Shown: one piece after another, positions 1 to 11,859 of the stretch
How the letters are laid out: each line of letters starts with the position of its first letter
Numbering within the stretch: the stretch's first letter is position 1
Source of the DNA: Ureaplasma parvum serovar 3 str. ATCC 27815
GTDB lineage: Bacteria > Bacillota_I > Bacilli_A > Mycoplasmatales > Mycoplasmoidaceae
Assembly: GCF_000019345.1 (NCBI RefSeq)
Contig: NC_010503.1
Span: forward strand, 180,001 to 212,000
DNA length: 32,000 nt
Direction of reading: 5' to 3'
Made by a program: the position numbers and the translations under genes
Notes under the pieces: generated by a model
Seen by the model: the letters and a program-made list of their open reading frames with translations, nothing else
Database searches by the model: none
What the model was told of the DNA's origin: nothing

Positions 1-2616
1 AATACTTATTATATTAATGATGAAGTTGCTCTTTTAAAAGATATAACAGATATGTTTTTAGATAGTGGATTATCAAAAGGTTCTTTAGGAATTATTAGTC
101 AAGGTGCAGTGTCATGATTTGCTGAAGCAAAACCGAATGAACGACGAAAAATGTTTGAAGAGGCCTCTGGAATCGGGCGCTATTCAAAGCGAAAGCAAGA
201 AGCGTTAAATTCACTAAGTCGTGCAAACGAAAATTTAGCTCGTTTAAATGACATAGTTGCTAATTTAAAAAAAGAATTGGCGAAATTACAAAAGCAAGCA
301 ATGCGTTTTAATGAATATAAACAAATTAAGGACGAATTAACAAAATTAGATTTAGTGATTATAGTACGTGATATCATTCACTGACAAAAACAATTGAATG
401 ATATTCAAGAAAATTTAAAAGAATATAAAAAAGAATATAATAAACAAAAACCATTAATTCAAAGTAAAAAAAATGAAATTGAAAGTTTACGAGTAATTTC
501 AGATAGATATGCAAAAGAATACACTAATTTAGAATTTGAATATAAAAAATTAGAAGATACAATAAACGATTTGAATCTTAAATTATCTCTAACTAAAAAT
601 ACACTTGAAACAACCGCTTTTAATGCAACAAATACACAAGAAAGGATTGATGCTTTTGCTACTTTAATTAAAACAACGGAAATAGAATTAAATAATAATA
701 AAAAAAATATTAATGAAAAAAAAGATCAACTTAAAGATATTCAAAAACAAAAATTAGAACTTGAATCTCTTAAAACAAAACAAAAAAATAATTTGGATAC
801 CATCATTTGAGAAATTGCTAGTAAGAATTTAAAAAAAGAAATGTTAGAAGAGCAATTTAAACGCCAAACTGAGAATGAACGTGGTGTAAAAACAATTATT
901 GATTCACAAAAAGCATTAGTTGGTGTTTATGGAACAGTTGCGCAGAATATTTCTACAAAAACAGAACACGAATTAGCAATAAGTACAGCTTTAGCTAAAG
1001 GAATCAATAATATTATTGTTAAAAACAATCAAGCAGCTGAAAATTGTATTAATTTTTTAAAGAAAAATAATGCAGGTGTTGCTACTTTTTTACCGATTGA
1101 AAATTTGCAGGCTAAAAGCATTAAACCAGAATTTTATGATGTATTAAAAGAATTAGAGGGGTTTGTAGGAGTTGCTAATGAACTAGTAAAAATTAATGTA
1201 AATTATAAAATTTCTATTGATTATCTATTAGGAAATACAATTATTGCTAATAATTTAAAAAACGCTATCATTCTAAGTGAATACACATATAAAAATTATA
1301 AAGTAGTCTCATTAGAAGGTGACATTGTTTTTGGTGGTGGTGCCATTTCTGGTGGAAGTAATAGTAAAAAAAATATTATTTTAAATCTAGAAGAAAAAAT
1401 TAAAGAATTAGATTTAAAAATAAAAAAATTAAATGAAGAACAAATTGAATTAAATAATTTACATAACCAAACAAAAAAGCAATGACAAGAATATTATAAT
1501 AGTGAACAAATTATAAATGGTATTTTAAATAATTTAATTACTACTAACAATAGTCTTTCTGATAATTTAAATAATTATAAAAGTCAATATGAGGCTTTAA
1601 GCGCTACAAAATTGTCTAAAGAAGAGATTGAATCAAAGATAAGTGATAATTGAAATGAATATAATAAAAAAAAGAATGAATTAATTAATTTAAAACAAAA
1701 AATCCAAACTTTAAAAGCAAATTTAAACACTGCTAATCTTAATAAGAATGAATTAGAAATAACATATAATAAGGAGCTTGAAGATTTTTATAATCTTGAT
1801 AAAAATATTACTTCGTGTGAAAGTAATATAGATAATCTAAATTATTCGATTCAAAATGTACAAACAAGATTAGTAGATAATTATAAATTAAGTGTTGAGA
1901 ATGCTATTGAAACATATCAAAATCAAGAAATTGATATGAGTGAATCAGCAGCACGTTTAAGAATCGAAAGTTTAAAAATTGACCTTGAAAAATATAATGA
2001 TATTAATTTAAATGCGTTAGAGGAATACGAAGAAAAACAAGCAGAATATGATTCTAATTTTTTAGAGTATGAAAATTGCAAGCAAGCGGTTGATCAAATT
2101 AGTAGTTCAATTCAAGAATTAGATAAAAAAGCTAAAGCTGATTTTATGCGTGTTATTCGTGAAACAAATAAATTAATGCCAGAGATTTTTGAATATTTAT
2201 TTGGTGGAGGATCTTGTGCAATTAGTCTTAATGATCCTAATAATATTTTAGAATCAGGTGTTGAGATAATTGCTAATCCACCAGGTAAACGTGATGTTCC
2301 ATTATCTGCACTTTCAGGTGGGGAAAAAACAATGGTAGTATTGGCAGTTTTATTTGCTTTATTAAAAATTGCAAAATTTCCATTAGTTATTTTAGATGAA
2401 GCTGAAGCAGCTTTAGATGCAAGTAATGTTGCAAAATTCGGTGCCATTATCGCTAAGTATAGTGATGAAACACAATTTTTAGTTATTACTCACCGCGAAG
2501 GAACAATGAAAAGTTGTGGTTATCTTTTAGGTACAACAATGATGAATAACGGAGTAACAACATTACTAGAAGTTGATTTAAATGATACAAAAATAAAATA
2601 TGAAAGTGAATTATAA
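1..2616 (+). CDS. smc: Chromosome segregation protein SMC, C-terminal part (5' end outside the window)
   Basis: ORF fragments 151-384, 394-810, 841-1485 and 1936-2616 share one frame and join when UGA is read as Trp. Signatures: QGAVSWFAEAKPNERRKMFEEASGIGRYSKRKQEA, LSGGEKTMVVLAVLFAL, VILDEAEAALDASNV, with coiled coil between them. Confidence 0.96.
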
Positions 2617-2618
2617 AA

Positions 2619-3674
2619 ATGGGTTTTTTTAAAAAAATATTCAATAAAATTCTAGGAAAAAAAGACACAGAACAAATATCACAAGAGATTTCACAAAAAA
2701 ATGAAGAAAATCGTATTTTAAAATTAGAGGATAATTCGATTAATAAATTTAATGAAGGATTAAGAAAATCATCTTCTGCTTTAACTGATGCTATTAACGA
2801 ATTAGCAGTTAAATATATAGATATTGATGAACGATGATATGAACATTTAGAAGAAGTTTTAATTAGTTATGATGTAGGCTATGTTGCAACTAATAAAATT
2901 ATTGAATCAATTAGAAATGAAATGATTTACCAAAAAGTTAATGATCCTGATTTAATAAAGTCTATTATTATTGATAAAATTTTTATTTATTATATTCAAG
3001 ATACAGAAATTAATACAGCAATTAATTTAAAAGAAAATCAAACTAATGTAGTTTTGGTGGTTGGGGTTAATGGCGTTGGTAAAACAACATCAATCGCAAA
3101 AATCACTAAAAAATTCATTGATGAAAATAAAAAAGTTCTCTTAGTAGCTGGAGATACATTTAGAGCAGGTGCTGTTGAACAATTAAAAGTTTGAGCACAA
3201 CGCTTAGGTGTTGACATTGAATTACCTAATAAAGAGGGTCAAGATCCTGCTTCTGTCATATACGCTGGAGTTAAAAAAGGTTATGAACAAAAATATGATT
3301 TAGTAATTTGTGATACATCAGGTAGATTACAAAATAAAATTAATTTGATGAATGAATTAAAAAAAATTCATGATGTAATTCATAAATTTGATGAATACGC
3401 TCCGCACGAAACTTTATTAGTTTTAGATGCCACTCAAGGCCAATCAGGAATTAATCAAGCAAAAGCATTTAACGAAGTAACGAAAATTTCAGGGATTATT
3501 TTAACTAAAATGGATTCTACAAGTCGTGGGGGAATTGTATTAGCAATCAAAGATGCTTTTAATATACCTGTGAAATTGATTGGTTTAGGCGAAAAATTAG
3601 AGGATTTAAGTGTATTTGATTTAGAAATGTATGTTGATAGCATAGTTTTAGGAATGAAATTAGATGTTAAATAA
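2619..3674 (+). CDS. ftsY: Signal recognition particle receptor FtsY
   Basis: Single 351-aa frame with code 4. SRP GTPase motifs GVNGVGKTTSIAKIT, GDTFRAGAVEQLK, DTSGRL, TKMDSTSRGG. Confidence 0.96.
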
Positions 3675-3690
3675 GAATAAACGTTGATAT

Positions 3691-3963
3691 TTGATTGCTT
3701 TATATGATATTTATCAAGGATTATTAACAACAAAACAATGTGAATATTTTAATTTACATTATTTTAAAGATTTGTCGTTTTCTGAAATTGCTGAACTAAA
3801 AGAAATTTCAAAAAGCGCTATTAGTGATTGTTTAAACAAAGTGTGTGACCAATTATTAAAATATGAACAAGCACTTTTAATTTATGAAAAAAACAAAAAG
3901 CGTAATGATTTATATACATTAATCAACGATTCTGAATTAGTTAAAAAATTAAAAGATATATAA
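3691..3963 (+). CDS. YlxM/p13-like helix-turn-helix protein (SRP-associated)
   Basis: 90 aa; LLTTKQCEYFNLHYFKDLSFSEIAELKEISKSAISDCLNK matches the YlxM sigma-like HTH pattern and sits directly after ftsY. Start codon (TTG) uncertain. Confidence 0.8.
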   Translation: MIALYDIYQGLLTTKQCEYFNLHYFKDLSFSEIAELKEISKSAISDCLNKVCDQLLKYEQALLIYEKNKKRNDLYTLINDSELVKKLKDI

Positions 3964-3979
3964 ATTTCTTATTAAAATA

Positions 3980-4027
3980 AAAAGAAAGAAACGGTTATTA
4001 AATTAACAACGTTTCTTTCTTTTTTTA
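3980..4027. terminator. Bidirectional rho-independent terminator
   Basis: AAAGAAAGAAACG ... CGTTTCTTTCTTTTTTT inverted repeat between convergent genes. Confidence 0.75.
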
Positions 4028-4066
4028 ATTTTGAATGTACATAAATCTTATTTAAAAGGATTTATA

Positions 4067-7000
4067 TTACTTATAGATATCCTCATATTTTTCTGGATAT
4101 AAATAAGCTAATTGTTTAATTTGTTGGATAATCGAACTATTGTTAGCTCTATTTTCCCGATCACCAAAAAACCCACTAATTTGACTATCTATTAAACTTC
4201 AACCTATAGTTTCTCACGTTGGATGACCATTTTTACTTGGAGTTCTACCAGTTGCAATTGATCCAACGAATCGTCCTTGTTCATCATATAAACTAGTTCC
4301 AGATGAACCACCCGCAGCATCTATATAGTCAGTACTAATTGTTGTATATGGTATATCTGATTTATATAAAACGCCCTTACCACCTGTGACAAAATTAGTA
4401 TTTACAGAATCGATTTTTTGTATATTATATTCACGATAACGTAGTTCGCCAACCCCCATTGAATTTTGGTTAGTATTTGTATAACGAGGGAAAGTGCCAA
4501 TATACCAATCAACATCTTGGTTGCTTCTAACATATCTTGTTTGTGGACTAACCTCTAATGGTTTTATATTTTTTAAACTTAAAAAATATTTTATAACACT
4601 AGTTTCTTCTGGAGACAAAGTTTTATTATTGTAAATAAACGGTTTATTTAAATCTTGATTTTTAAAAGCTTCAAAAATTGGTTTTAGATCGATACTAACT
4701 ACTGACCAATCTAATTCACTTATTTTATCATCATATCTACCTAAAGCATTGTAGTGTTTATATATATTATTTTTTTGTAAACAAAAATCCATTACTTTTT
4801 CAAATTTTAATTTAAAAGGAAAAGCAAAATATTGAAGTTGATTTTTTCCTGGAGTATCTTGGTTATTAACACTACTATAATTATAATATGGTTGATATTT
4901 ATCTTTATTTAAATCATTTTGACTAATTGTTTGAGGAATTACAACTGTATAATCTGCAAAATTCGAATATGTGTATTTTTCATTTCCATCATCATCGTAG
5001 ATAGTTTTTTTATTTAAATTAATACTTTCATATTCCATTTTTCCAGCCCAATTTATTTGGGGATTATATCAACTACCACCACTACCAATAACATGATGAT
5101 CAGTTAACATATAATAACGATAATCATTTGGATCATTTGGTTTTACCTTACCTAAAAAATTTCAAGTACCATCACTTGTTAAACTAAAAGTAATCGTACG
5201 CTCACGAACTTGTTTTATTGCCGCTTTTGACATTTCATTTTCATTGTCTTTTAAAATTCTTGCGGTATAAGATTTCTTTTTAAATTCCTCTAATTTTTTA
5301 TCGATAATAACTTCATTATTATTTGTTAATCAATTAACAATAAAATCATATCTTCCAATAAAATATGACGGTTGATTTGAATTATTGTGTTTTCAAACGT
5401 AATCATAAAGCTTAATATTATCATTGCGTGGCTTAACTTCAACTTTTATCTTTGAACCATTTAAAAAGACATTAAATTTTAATTGTGATTTAATTTGTTG
5501 ATAGATGTGATTTTCATAAGCTTCAGAACCTAAAGCATAATTTAAACTAAATTCAACATCTTCTAAAATGTGTTGTTTTTTAATTACTTTATATGAAATA
5601 GGAATTATCACATGCGATCTTCGCATGTTTTTATCTACAAGTTGTGATTCATAAATTAGATTAGGATCTAATTCTAGATCTACATTAAAGACAATATCTT
5701 CATCTTTAAAATTATTTAAATTATCAAAATCATTCAAATCTTTTTCTAAGAAGAAACCAGCAGATTCATCCTTTTTTAATCCTTCATCTTTAATTGCTAA
5801 ATGTGCAATTAAAGAATTTAGATGATATGACTCTTTATTATTTTTAATTAAATTAAAATCTTTATTACTTGTTATTGTGTTATATAAATAAAAACCATTA
5901 GTAGCATTATGCTTATAAATTGCATATTCTCTTTCATGCAAAGTTAATGATATTAAATTGCGCAAAGAATAAGGGATATTTTTTTGATCAGTATTATTTT
6001 TTCATAAGTGATTAAAATCTATTTTTGATAAATTAAATTCATCTTTTATTAATGAATCATCAAAAAACTCATTAATAATATTTTGCTTTGGATAAACTTT
6101 ATGTCAAACACTAAAATTTGTATTATTAGCATTTTGAATATTAACATGATCATTATAAGGTAACAAGCTGTTTTTATTAACTATTTTTATACTTTCAAGT
6201 TTATAATTTAATCCATCGAAAACATTAACAATTTTAAATTGTGCTAGATTTTTAAAATCAACATTTATATATTTATTTAATGGTATATATTTATTTAAAA
6301 TATTATTTTTAGTGTCGATTTCATATTTAAAAACAAAAGTTTTATTTTTTAGGATTTTAAAATCATCATTATTAAAATTAAAACAAGCAGAACCGTATAG
6401 TTGATTTTCTTTTATATCAAAGTAGTATTTAAGTGATTTTAGTAAATATTCCTTGTCGTTTTGATAGTATTCAAAACTATTTTCTTTAATTTTACCAAGC
6501 GAAGTTATATTATCATCAAAACGAATATGAGTAATAATAAATGTTTTCAAATCTTTTGGAAAATCATGTAAATCAAATATCATTTTATTATTATCTTTTT
6601 TTTCATAACTAACAATTTTAGATCAGGGATTATTATAATCATATGATTTAATTAACAATTGTTTATTATTTGCTTCTAAAAGTTTAGTATTATCATTAGA
6701 ACTAGACGAATCTAATTCAATGATTGCTTTTTTATTACTACTATCGATGTTAATATGTTTGATTTTAAATTTAATTTCTTGCTTTGAATTTTTATTAATA
6801 TCATTAAAAGAATAGTTTTGAAAATCTTTGTCTTTAAGGTTTGCTTGATCACTAATAAAACTAAAATATTTTTGTAATTCTAGCTCATTTTGATTTAAGA
6901 TGTCTTGATTAAGATTCTCAACTTCTTGTATATTAATGTTTTGCTGTTCAAATGCATCTGGCAACACTTTATCATTAAAATTATTTTTATCATTAAGTTC

Positions 7001-7885
7001 AATTTTAGTGTTATAAGGACTATCAATATATTTTTTGTCATTACTATTCAAGTCTTTATGATTATGCATATTTGTTTTAATACCTGGTATGATAAAACTG
7101 CTTTCATAATTAGATAACTTTTCAAAAATATTTGGACTAACATTAGGTGGATTAGTATCTAAAAATCTAAGATTTACAATTCGATATTTATTATTTAATT
7201 TTAAATTATCTAATTTAAATTCTACATTAAAATTTTTATCAATTCTACTAATTATTTCGTTATTAGGCACTAAATTACTACTTAAATTTTCAAATTCTAA
7301 TGCTATTTTTTCATTTACTCTTACATCAGAATTTTTAGGAATGCTAAAAGATATTAATGCATTTTGATTAAAAACTTTTATTTTAAAATTATTGGTTTTA
7401 ATAGGTATTGGTTTTATTGAAAAAATAGCATTATTTAGGTTGGTTTTCAAATAAATGTCTGTTCTTTTTTGATTATTAAAAGTTAAATTTTGAATTTGAT
7501 ATTTACGATTAGGGGTTAAATTAGAAAAAATAAAATCATAATTTTGTTCATCATTAATACTTAAAGGATCTGATGTAAATTTGTGACCATTATTATCTTT
7601 ATAAGTTAAGGTTATAGTAGTATTTGGTGATTTAAAATTAAATTTTTTTAATTTTAAATTAATAATTGTTTTATTTTGATTAATAAATTTAGGTTTACTA
7701 ATATTTTCTATATTAATTATATTTGCATCAAAATCGTCTAAGACATTTTCTTTATTTGTTTTTGGTGCTTCTTGGTTTGTTTTTGGTGCTTCTTGGTTCT
7801 TGCACATTATTAAAAAAGAAGCAAGGGGGAGCAAAAATAATACTCCACCGAATTTTCATCATTTTCTGTTTTTTATTCTTTTCAT
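4067..7885 (-). CDS. Large lipoprotein with repeated beta-domain-like N-terminal part and C-terminal DUF31/MIP-like serine protease domain
   Basis: 1272-aa frame with code 4 joining ORF fragments 4214-5038, 5393-5965, 6104-6583 and 6623-7834 (same frame). N-terminus MKRIKNRKWWKFGGVLFLLPLASFLIMCKN (lipobox-like). C-terminal AAGGSSGTSLYDEQGRFVGSIATG is the mycoplasma DUF31/MIP protease Ser motif. Confidence 0.85.
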
Positions 7886-8073
7886 ATTTTTATTTTATCT
7901 GAAATATTTTAAAATATTTTACTATTATATTTAATTGCATCCATAATTAAAAATATTGTAGTAAAAATAATGTTTATCATTCTATATAGAGAATAAATAT
8001 TTTGTGTAATTAAAAATATTTTTAAAAAATATTGCTTTTTAAATTTGTCTGTTGTATAATAATATGGTACATT

Positions 8074-8150
8074 GGAAGTATAGCTCAGTTGGTTAGAGCA
8101 CACCCCTGATAAGGGTGAGGTCGGTGGTTCGAGCCCACTTATTTCCACCA
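8074..8150 (+). tRNA. tRNA-Ile (GAU)
   Basis: Cloverleaf GGAAGTATAGCTCAGTTGGTTAGAGCACACCCCTGATAAGGGTGAGGTCGGTGGTTCGAGCCCACTTATTTCCACCA, anticodon GAT. Confidence 0.96.
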
Positions 8151-8153
8151 TTT

Positions 8154-8229
8154 GGGGACGTAGCTCAATTGATAGAGCACCTGATTTGCACTCAGGAGGT
8201 CGTGGGTTTGACCCCCATCGTCTCCACCA
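8154..8229 (+). tRNA. tRNA-Ala (UGC)
   Basis: Cloverleaf GGGGACGTAGCTCAATTGATAGAGCACCTGATTTGCACTCAGGAGGTCGTGGGTTTGACCCCCATCGTCTCCACCA, anticodon TGC. Confidence 0.96.
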
Positions 8230-8240
8230 TTATAATTATA

Positions 8241-8272
8241 AAAACCAAACCAAAACGGTTTGGTTTTTTCTT
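8241..8272 (+). terminator. Rho-independent terminator after the tRNA pair
   Basis: AAACCAAACC-AAAAC-GGTTTGGTTTTTT. Confidence 0.75.
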
Positions 8273-8327
8273 CTCTAAATAAAATTAAAAGCCCATAATT
8301 AATTAATAATTACAGGTTTTTTGGTTT

Positions 8328-9018
8328 TTATTTTTTATTTACTACATTATCTAATTCAATAAAATTTTTAATAATGTCTCTTCCTTTATAATCTATTCCA
8401 ACAATTTGTTTAGCAATTGCTGTAGCTACTTTTATAGCAGATTCTTTTGTCTTTTTAATTTTTTCATCATTGGCTTGTTTATTATCATTAAAGTCGATTG
8501 GATTTTGCTCTAGATCAATTGGAAAATCAGCATTAACATTGAATTGTTTATTTAAATATGGTAATAATTGTTGGTTAAAGGCGATATTAGCCATATGATA
8601 CTTAGCATTTTTGTTTAATTTTTTTACAAAAGAAACAATAGATGAATTCATTAATTGTGATTTTTTAATTTCAACAACTGAAATTTTTGTTTTATCTGTT
8701 GGTGCAGCAAGATTGTTTTCTACTTTTTGATCTTTATTATATTCGTAGAAAGTTAAACGTAAAATTGTTGGATCAGATATATCAATTAATTTATTAGTAT
8801 TAGTGTCTAACTTTTTAAATGCAATATTTTTTAGTTTTTCAGATATATCAAAACCTAATCCAATTGAAAATTTAGCTTCTACTTTATCATTAGAATTTTT
8901 AATATCATTGGTTGATAGATGTCGAAATGAAATATGATTTTGTTCAATATTATTAACATTATCATTATTTAATGCAATATTTGCAATTTTAACATTAGTC
9001 AATTTAACATCATAATCA
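8328..9018 (-). pseudogene. 3' part of the prophage-interrupted lipoprotein cassette
   Basis: The frame runs from the attL core (DYDVKLTNVKIANIALNNDN...) to ...ELDNVVNKK*. The upstream MSLHKTIYIKFNNR stretch (TTG start at 9059) is prophage-derived. C-terminal region parallels the MBA-like protein at 30417-31916. Confidence 0.75.
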
Positions 9019-9026
9019 CGATTATT
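9012..9026. repeat. attL candidate
   Basis: ATAATCACGATTATT, 7-bp core ATAATCA identical to that at 29480-29486. Confidence 0.75.
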
Positions 9027-9047
9027 AAACTTTATGTATATGGTTTT

Positions 9048-9830
9048 ATGGAGCGACAAAGTATGATAAACAAATTTCTACAAAGTATTAAAAAACGTAA
9101 TTTATCAAAAAATACATATTTAACTTATGAATCACATTTAAGAAAGTTTAAGGTACAAGAACAAAGTTTTAAACAGATTATTAAGCAATTATTAAATAAC
9201 AATTACAAACCAAAAAGTCTAAAATTAGCTAAGTCAATTTTAAGTGAGTATTGAAAATTTAGCAAACAATACCAGTATGTTCAAGAATTAGAACAAATAA
9301 AATTAAGTAAAGAACAAAAAAGTTATAAAAAAGTTTTTAGTTTAGATGATATTAAAAAATGTTTAAAAATTAATAAACAAGATACTAAACAGATTAAGTT
9401 TTATAAAACGATTTTATTATTCTATGCCACAACTGGAATTAGAGCAATGGAAATCTATCAACTTAAACAAATAAACAATGACTTATTCGTAATCAGTGGT
9501 AAAGGTAATAAGAACAGACAAATTTGCTATATTGAACATCTGTGAAATAACATTAAAAACAAAAAACTACCATCAACTAAAACATTACGTAAATATCTAA
9601 AAGTATTTTTTGATAATAAAAACGTTTCATTACATACGCTAAGACGTAGTTTTATTACAAACTTTTTAACTAGCAATGAAAATTATAAACGTGGAGATAT
9701 GCTAAAGATTGTACAGGATTTAGTTGGTCATGAAAATATCCAAACAACACTACAATATGTACAAATCACAAAAGAACAAGTGGACGACGTTTATAAAGAA
9801 TTTTTTAAGGAATTTGAAAATGATAAATAA
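9048..9830 (+). CDS. int: Tyrosine recombinase / phage integrase
   Basis: 260-aa frame with code 4. Catalytic signatures TTGIRAMEIYQL (R), SGKGNKNR (K), LHTLRRSF (HxxR), VGHENIQTTLQY (H...Y). Adjacent to attL. Confidence 0.93.
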
Positions 9831-10446
9831 TATTTTTAATAAAAAGTTGTTAGTTTACAACGAAAAAGATCAACGTTGGTATAACAAATTTGATAGAACT
9901 AAACCTTTATTTTCACCAAGTAGACTATTAAGTTTTAAAAATTACATTTTTGAAAAAATACCAGCAAAAAATCTAGAATATCCAATTGAGTTTGGAACTA
10001 GTTTAATGCAAATCATTCAATACTATTTTGAAAATCAATCAAAATTAGATGTCATTTTAAATAGTATTAATGAAGAAAAATTAAAAGAAGTCTTTTTATT
10101 GTTTTTAGACTATTTAAAAACAAATGATTATTCACTAATCGCTGTTGAATTACATTTATTTAGTCCAAAACTAAACCATTACTGACATGGTTTTGCTGAT
10201 GTTGTTGTTAAAACCAAAGATGATAAGTATAAAGTACTTGAAATCAAAACACACAACGAAATCCAATCAGTGCCATCTTGAAAGTTTCAAGCTGGTGTAT
10301 ATGATTACATCATCAGCCAAGAATTAAGCAATTACGAACCATCAGCTATACTAGCATTTAGTCGTAAACAAGCAAAGTTAAGCGTTTATGAAAATGATTC
10401 ATTAGATTTAAGTTTTATTAATAAAATCAATGAACTATATTCTTAA
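9820..10446 (+). CDS. PD-(D/E)XK nuclease, probable phage recombination exonuclease
   Basis: 208 aa; HGFADVVVKTKDDKYKVLEIKTHNE...QAGVYDYIISQEL matches the D...ExK catalytic pattern. Upstream of a Bet/RecT-like gene. Confidence 0.75.
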
Positions 10447-10477
10447 TAAAAACAAAAAAGTAAGCTTAACTGAACTA

Positions 10478-10603
10478 ATGAATCAACAACCACATTGATA
10501 CTTAGAAGAACTACAAGAACATTTAATTAAATATCTTGATACAAACGGACTAAACGACACTAAAAAACTAATTAAACAAACAATTAAAGAATGGAAAAAA
10601 TAA
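10478..10603 (+). CDS. Small early ORF, unknown (41 aa)
   Basis: MNQQPHWYLEELQEHLIKYLDTNGLNDTKKLIKQTIKEWKK*, overlapped by tightly packed neighbours; UGA read as Trp. Confidence 0.45.
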
Positions 10604-10604
10604 T

Positions 10605-10946
10605 ATGGATAAAATTAAAAATTATCTAGAAAAATTACAAGCGTTTTATAAGTTATATTCTCTTAATTTAACTCAAGGAACAGAAATTTTAATTATTCAA
10701 ATCATTGATAAAGGTAATTTAATTTTTGATTCCATTGAAAAAGGTAAAACATTTAACGAAAGTAAAATAATAGAACCACTTTTATTCATTTTTAAAAAAA
10801 TAAATACAATTTTAGCTATCTTAAAATTAACTTTTACTAAAGATGATTTAATTGGAATTCTACAATCATTAGAAGAGCATATATCAGAATTTATTATTGC
10901 AAATTATAAATATGATTTTGAAATCGAAGAAGATGATGAAGATTAA
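10605..10946 (+). CDS. Hypothetical early protein, acidic C-terminus
   Basis: 113 aa, tightly spaced in the same-strand operon. Confidence 0.7.
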   Translation: MDKIKNYLEKLQAFYKLYSLNLTQGTEILIIQIIDKGNLIFDSIEKGKTFNESKIIEPLLFIFKKINTILAILKLTFTKDDLIGILQSLEEHISEFIIANYKYDFEIEEDDED

Positions 10947-10951
10947 TAACA

Positions 10952-11248
10952 ATGGAAAAAATAGTTGGCTTTATTGTGAACATAATTAATGTTCAAAAAC
11001 AAATGATAAAAGACTTAAAAGAACTAAAAAATCATAAAGACATCATGGTAAAAGACCATGAAAAATTAAATGATATGTTAAATAGTATGATAGATGAAGC
11101 AGTTAAAAATTACAAAATTGCATTAAAAAACATAACAGAAATTCTAAACGTTCATTTAAACTGTGTTTTATATAATCACAATCTTAAATGTGGCGTAAAA
11201 GATGAAAAATTATTATTACCACTATTTAAAAGAAAGAAAGCGAGTTAA
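10952..11248 (+). CDS. Hypothetical early protein
   Basis: 98 aa, helical, same-strand operon. Confidence 0.7.
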   Translation: MEKIVGFIVNIINVQKQMIKDLKELKNHKDIMVKDHEKLNDMLNSMIDEAVKNYKIALKNITEILNVHLNCVLYNHNLKCGVKDEKLLLPLFKRKKAS

Positions 11249-11254
11249 TAACTT

Positions 11255-11491
11255 ATGGCAATGCTTTGTATGTGTGATGAATGCCAAGCAATTATTAATT
11301 ATTATGTTGTACAAATTGAACAATTGTGTAACGAAATTGTAAAAACAAGAAAAAGAGTTGAACCATATAAAAAATTGGGTAAATTGTTTTTTGAAATTAT
11401 TCAAAATGATTTATTTGAAGCAATAGCTGAAGAAGTGTTTAGAATAGATGAAAAACCAAAACGAAAAACAAATAAAAGAGTATGTAAATAA
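11255..11491 (+). CDS. Hypothetical small early protein
   Basis: 78 aa, contains MLCMCDECQ, same-strand operon. Confidence 0.65.
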   Translation: MAMLCMCDECQAIINYYVVQIEQLCNEIVKTRKRVEPYKKLGKLFFEIIQNDLFEAIAEEVFRIDEKPKRKTNKRVCK

Positions 11492-11630
11492 ATTTAAAGA
11501 TTTGCGTAATCAACTAACAAAAAACAATGACGTTAAAAAAGTTTGCGATTTAATTAATGATTTGTTTTTTGAAGTATATAAAAACAATTTAATAGATGAA
11601 GTTATCAAGGAGATTAACAAACATGACTAA
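11448..11630 (+). CDS. Hypothetical small early protein, overlaps the previous ORF
   Basis: 60 aa; shares weak similarity (LFFEVYKNNLIDEV) with the previous ORF (LFFEIIQNDLFEAI). Confidence 0.55.
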   Translation: MKNQNEKQIKEYVNKFKDLRNQLTKNNDVKKVCDLINDLFFEVYKNNLIDEVIKEINKHD

Positions 11631-11859
11631 TTGAGATAAAGAACATGCATTAAGTGAAGAACTAAGACAATTAAAAGATGAGTTCGAAGATTTAATGGAT
11701 GATTTAGCAAGAATTAATAAAGATTTAGATTTTAATATCTGAGAACGTAAAGACTTAGAATATCGTAAAGCAAGTTATGAGACAGATATCGAAAGTATTA
11801 GATTACGAATTAACCAAAAACAAAATGAAATGATGGAGATAATAAAAAATGACAAATAG
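11623..11859 (+). CDS. Hypothetical coiled-coil early protein
   Basis: 78-aa frame with code 4: [65 protein letters not shown]... Confidence 0.65.

Noticed and set aside
2112-2447. 111-aa minus-strand ORF
   Set aside because: Antisense to the conserved ABC ATPase end of smc.
6905-7117. 70-aa plus-strand ORF
   Set aside because: Antisense to the continuous code-4 frame of the protease lipoprotein.
7909-8151. 80-aa minus-strand ORF (MVEISGLEPPTSPLSG...)
   Set aside because: It runs antisense through the tRNA-Ile gene; this peptide pattern is a common artefact of antisense tRNA translation.
8074-8229. tRNA-Ile/tRNA-Ala pair as the prophage integration site
   Set aside because: No duplicated tRNA 3' end was seen at the right side, and the integrase lies next to the ATAATCA core at 9012, about 780 bp from the tRNAs.
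9724-10185. Start of the nuclease ORF at 9724 as given in the track
   Set aside because: The 96-nt extension overlaps the integrase C-terminus, including its catalytic tyrosine region. ATG at 9820 overlapping the integrase stop region is more plausible.
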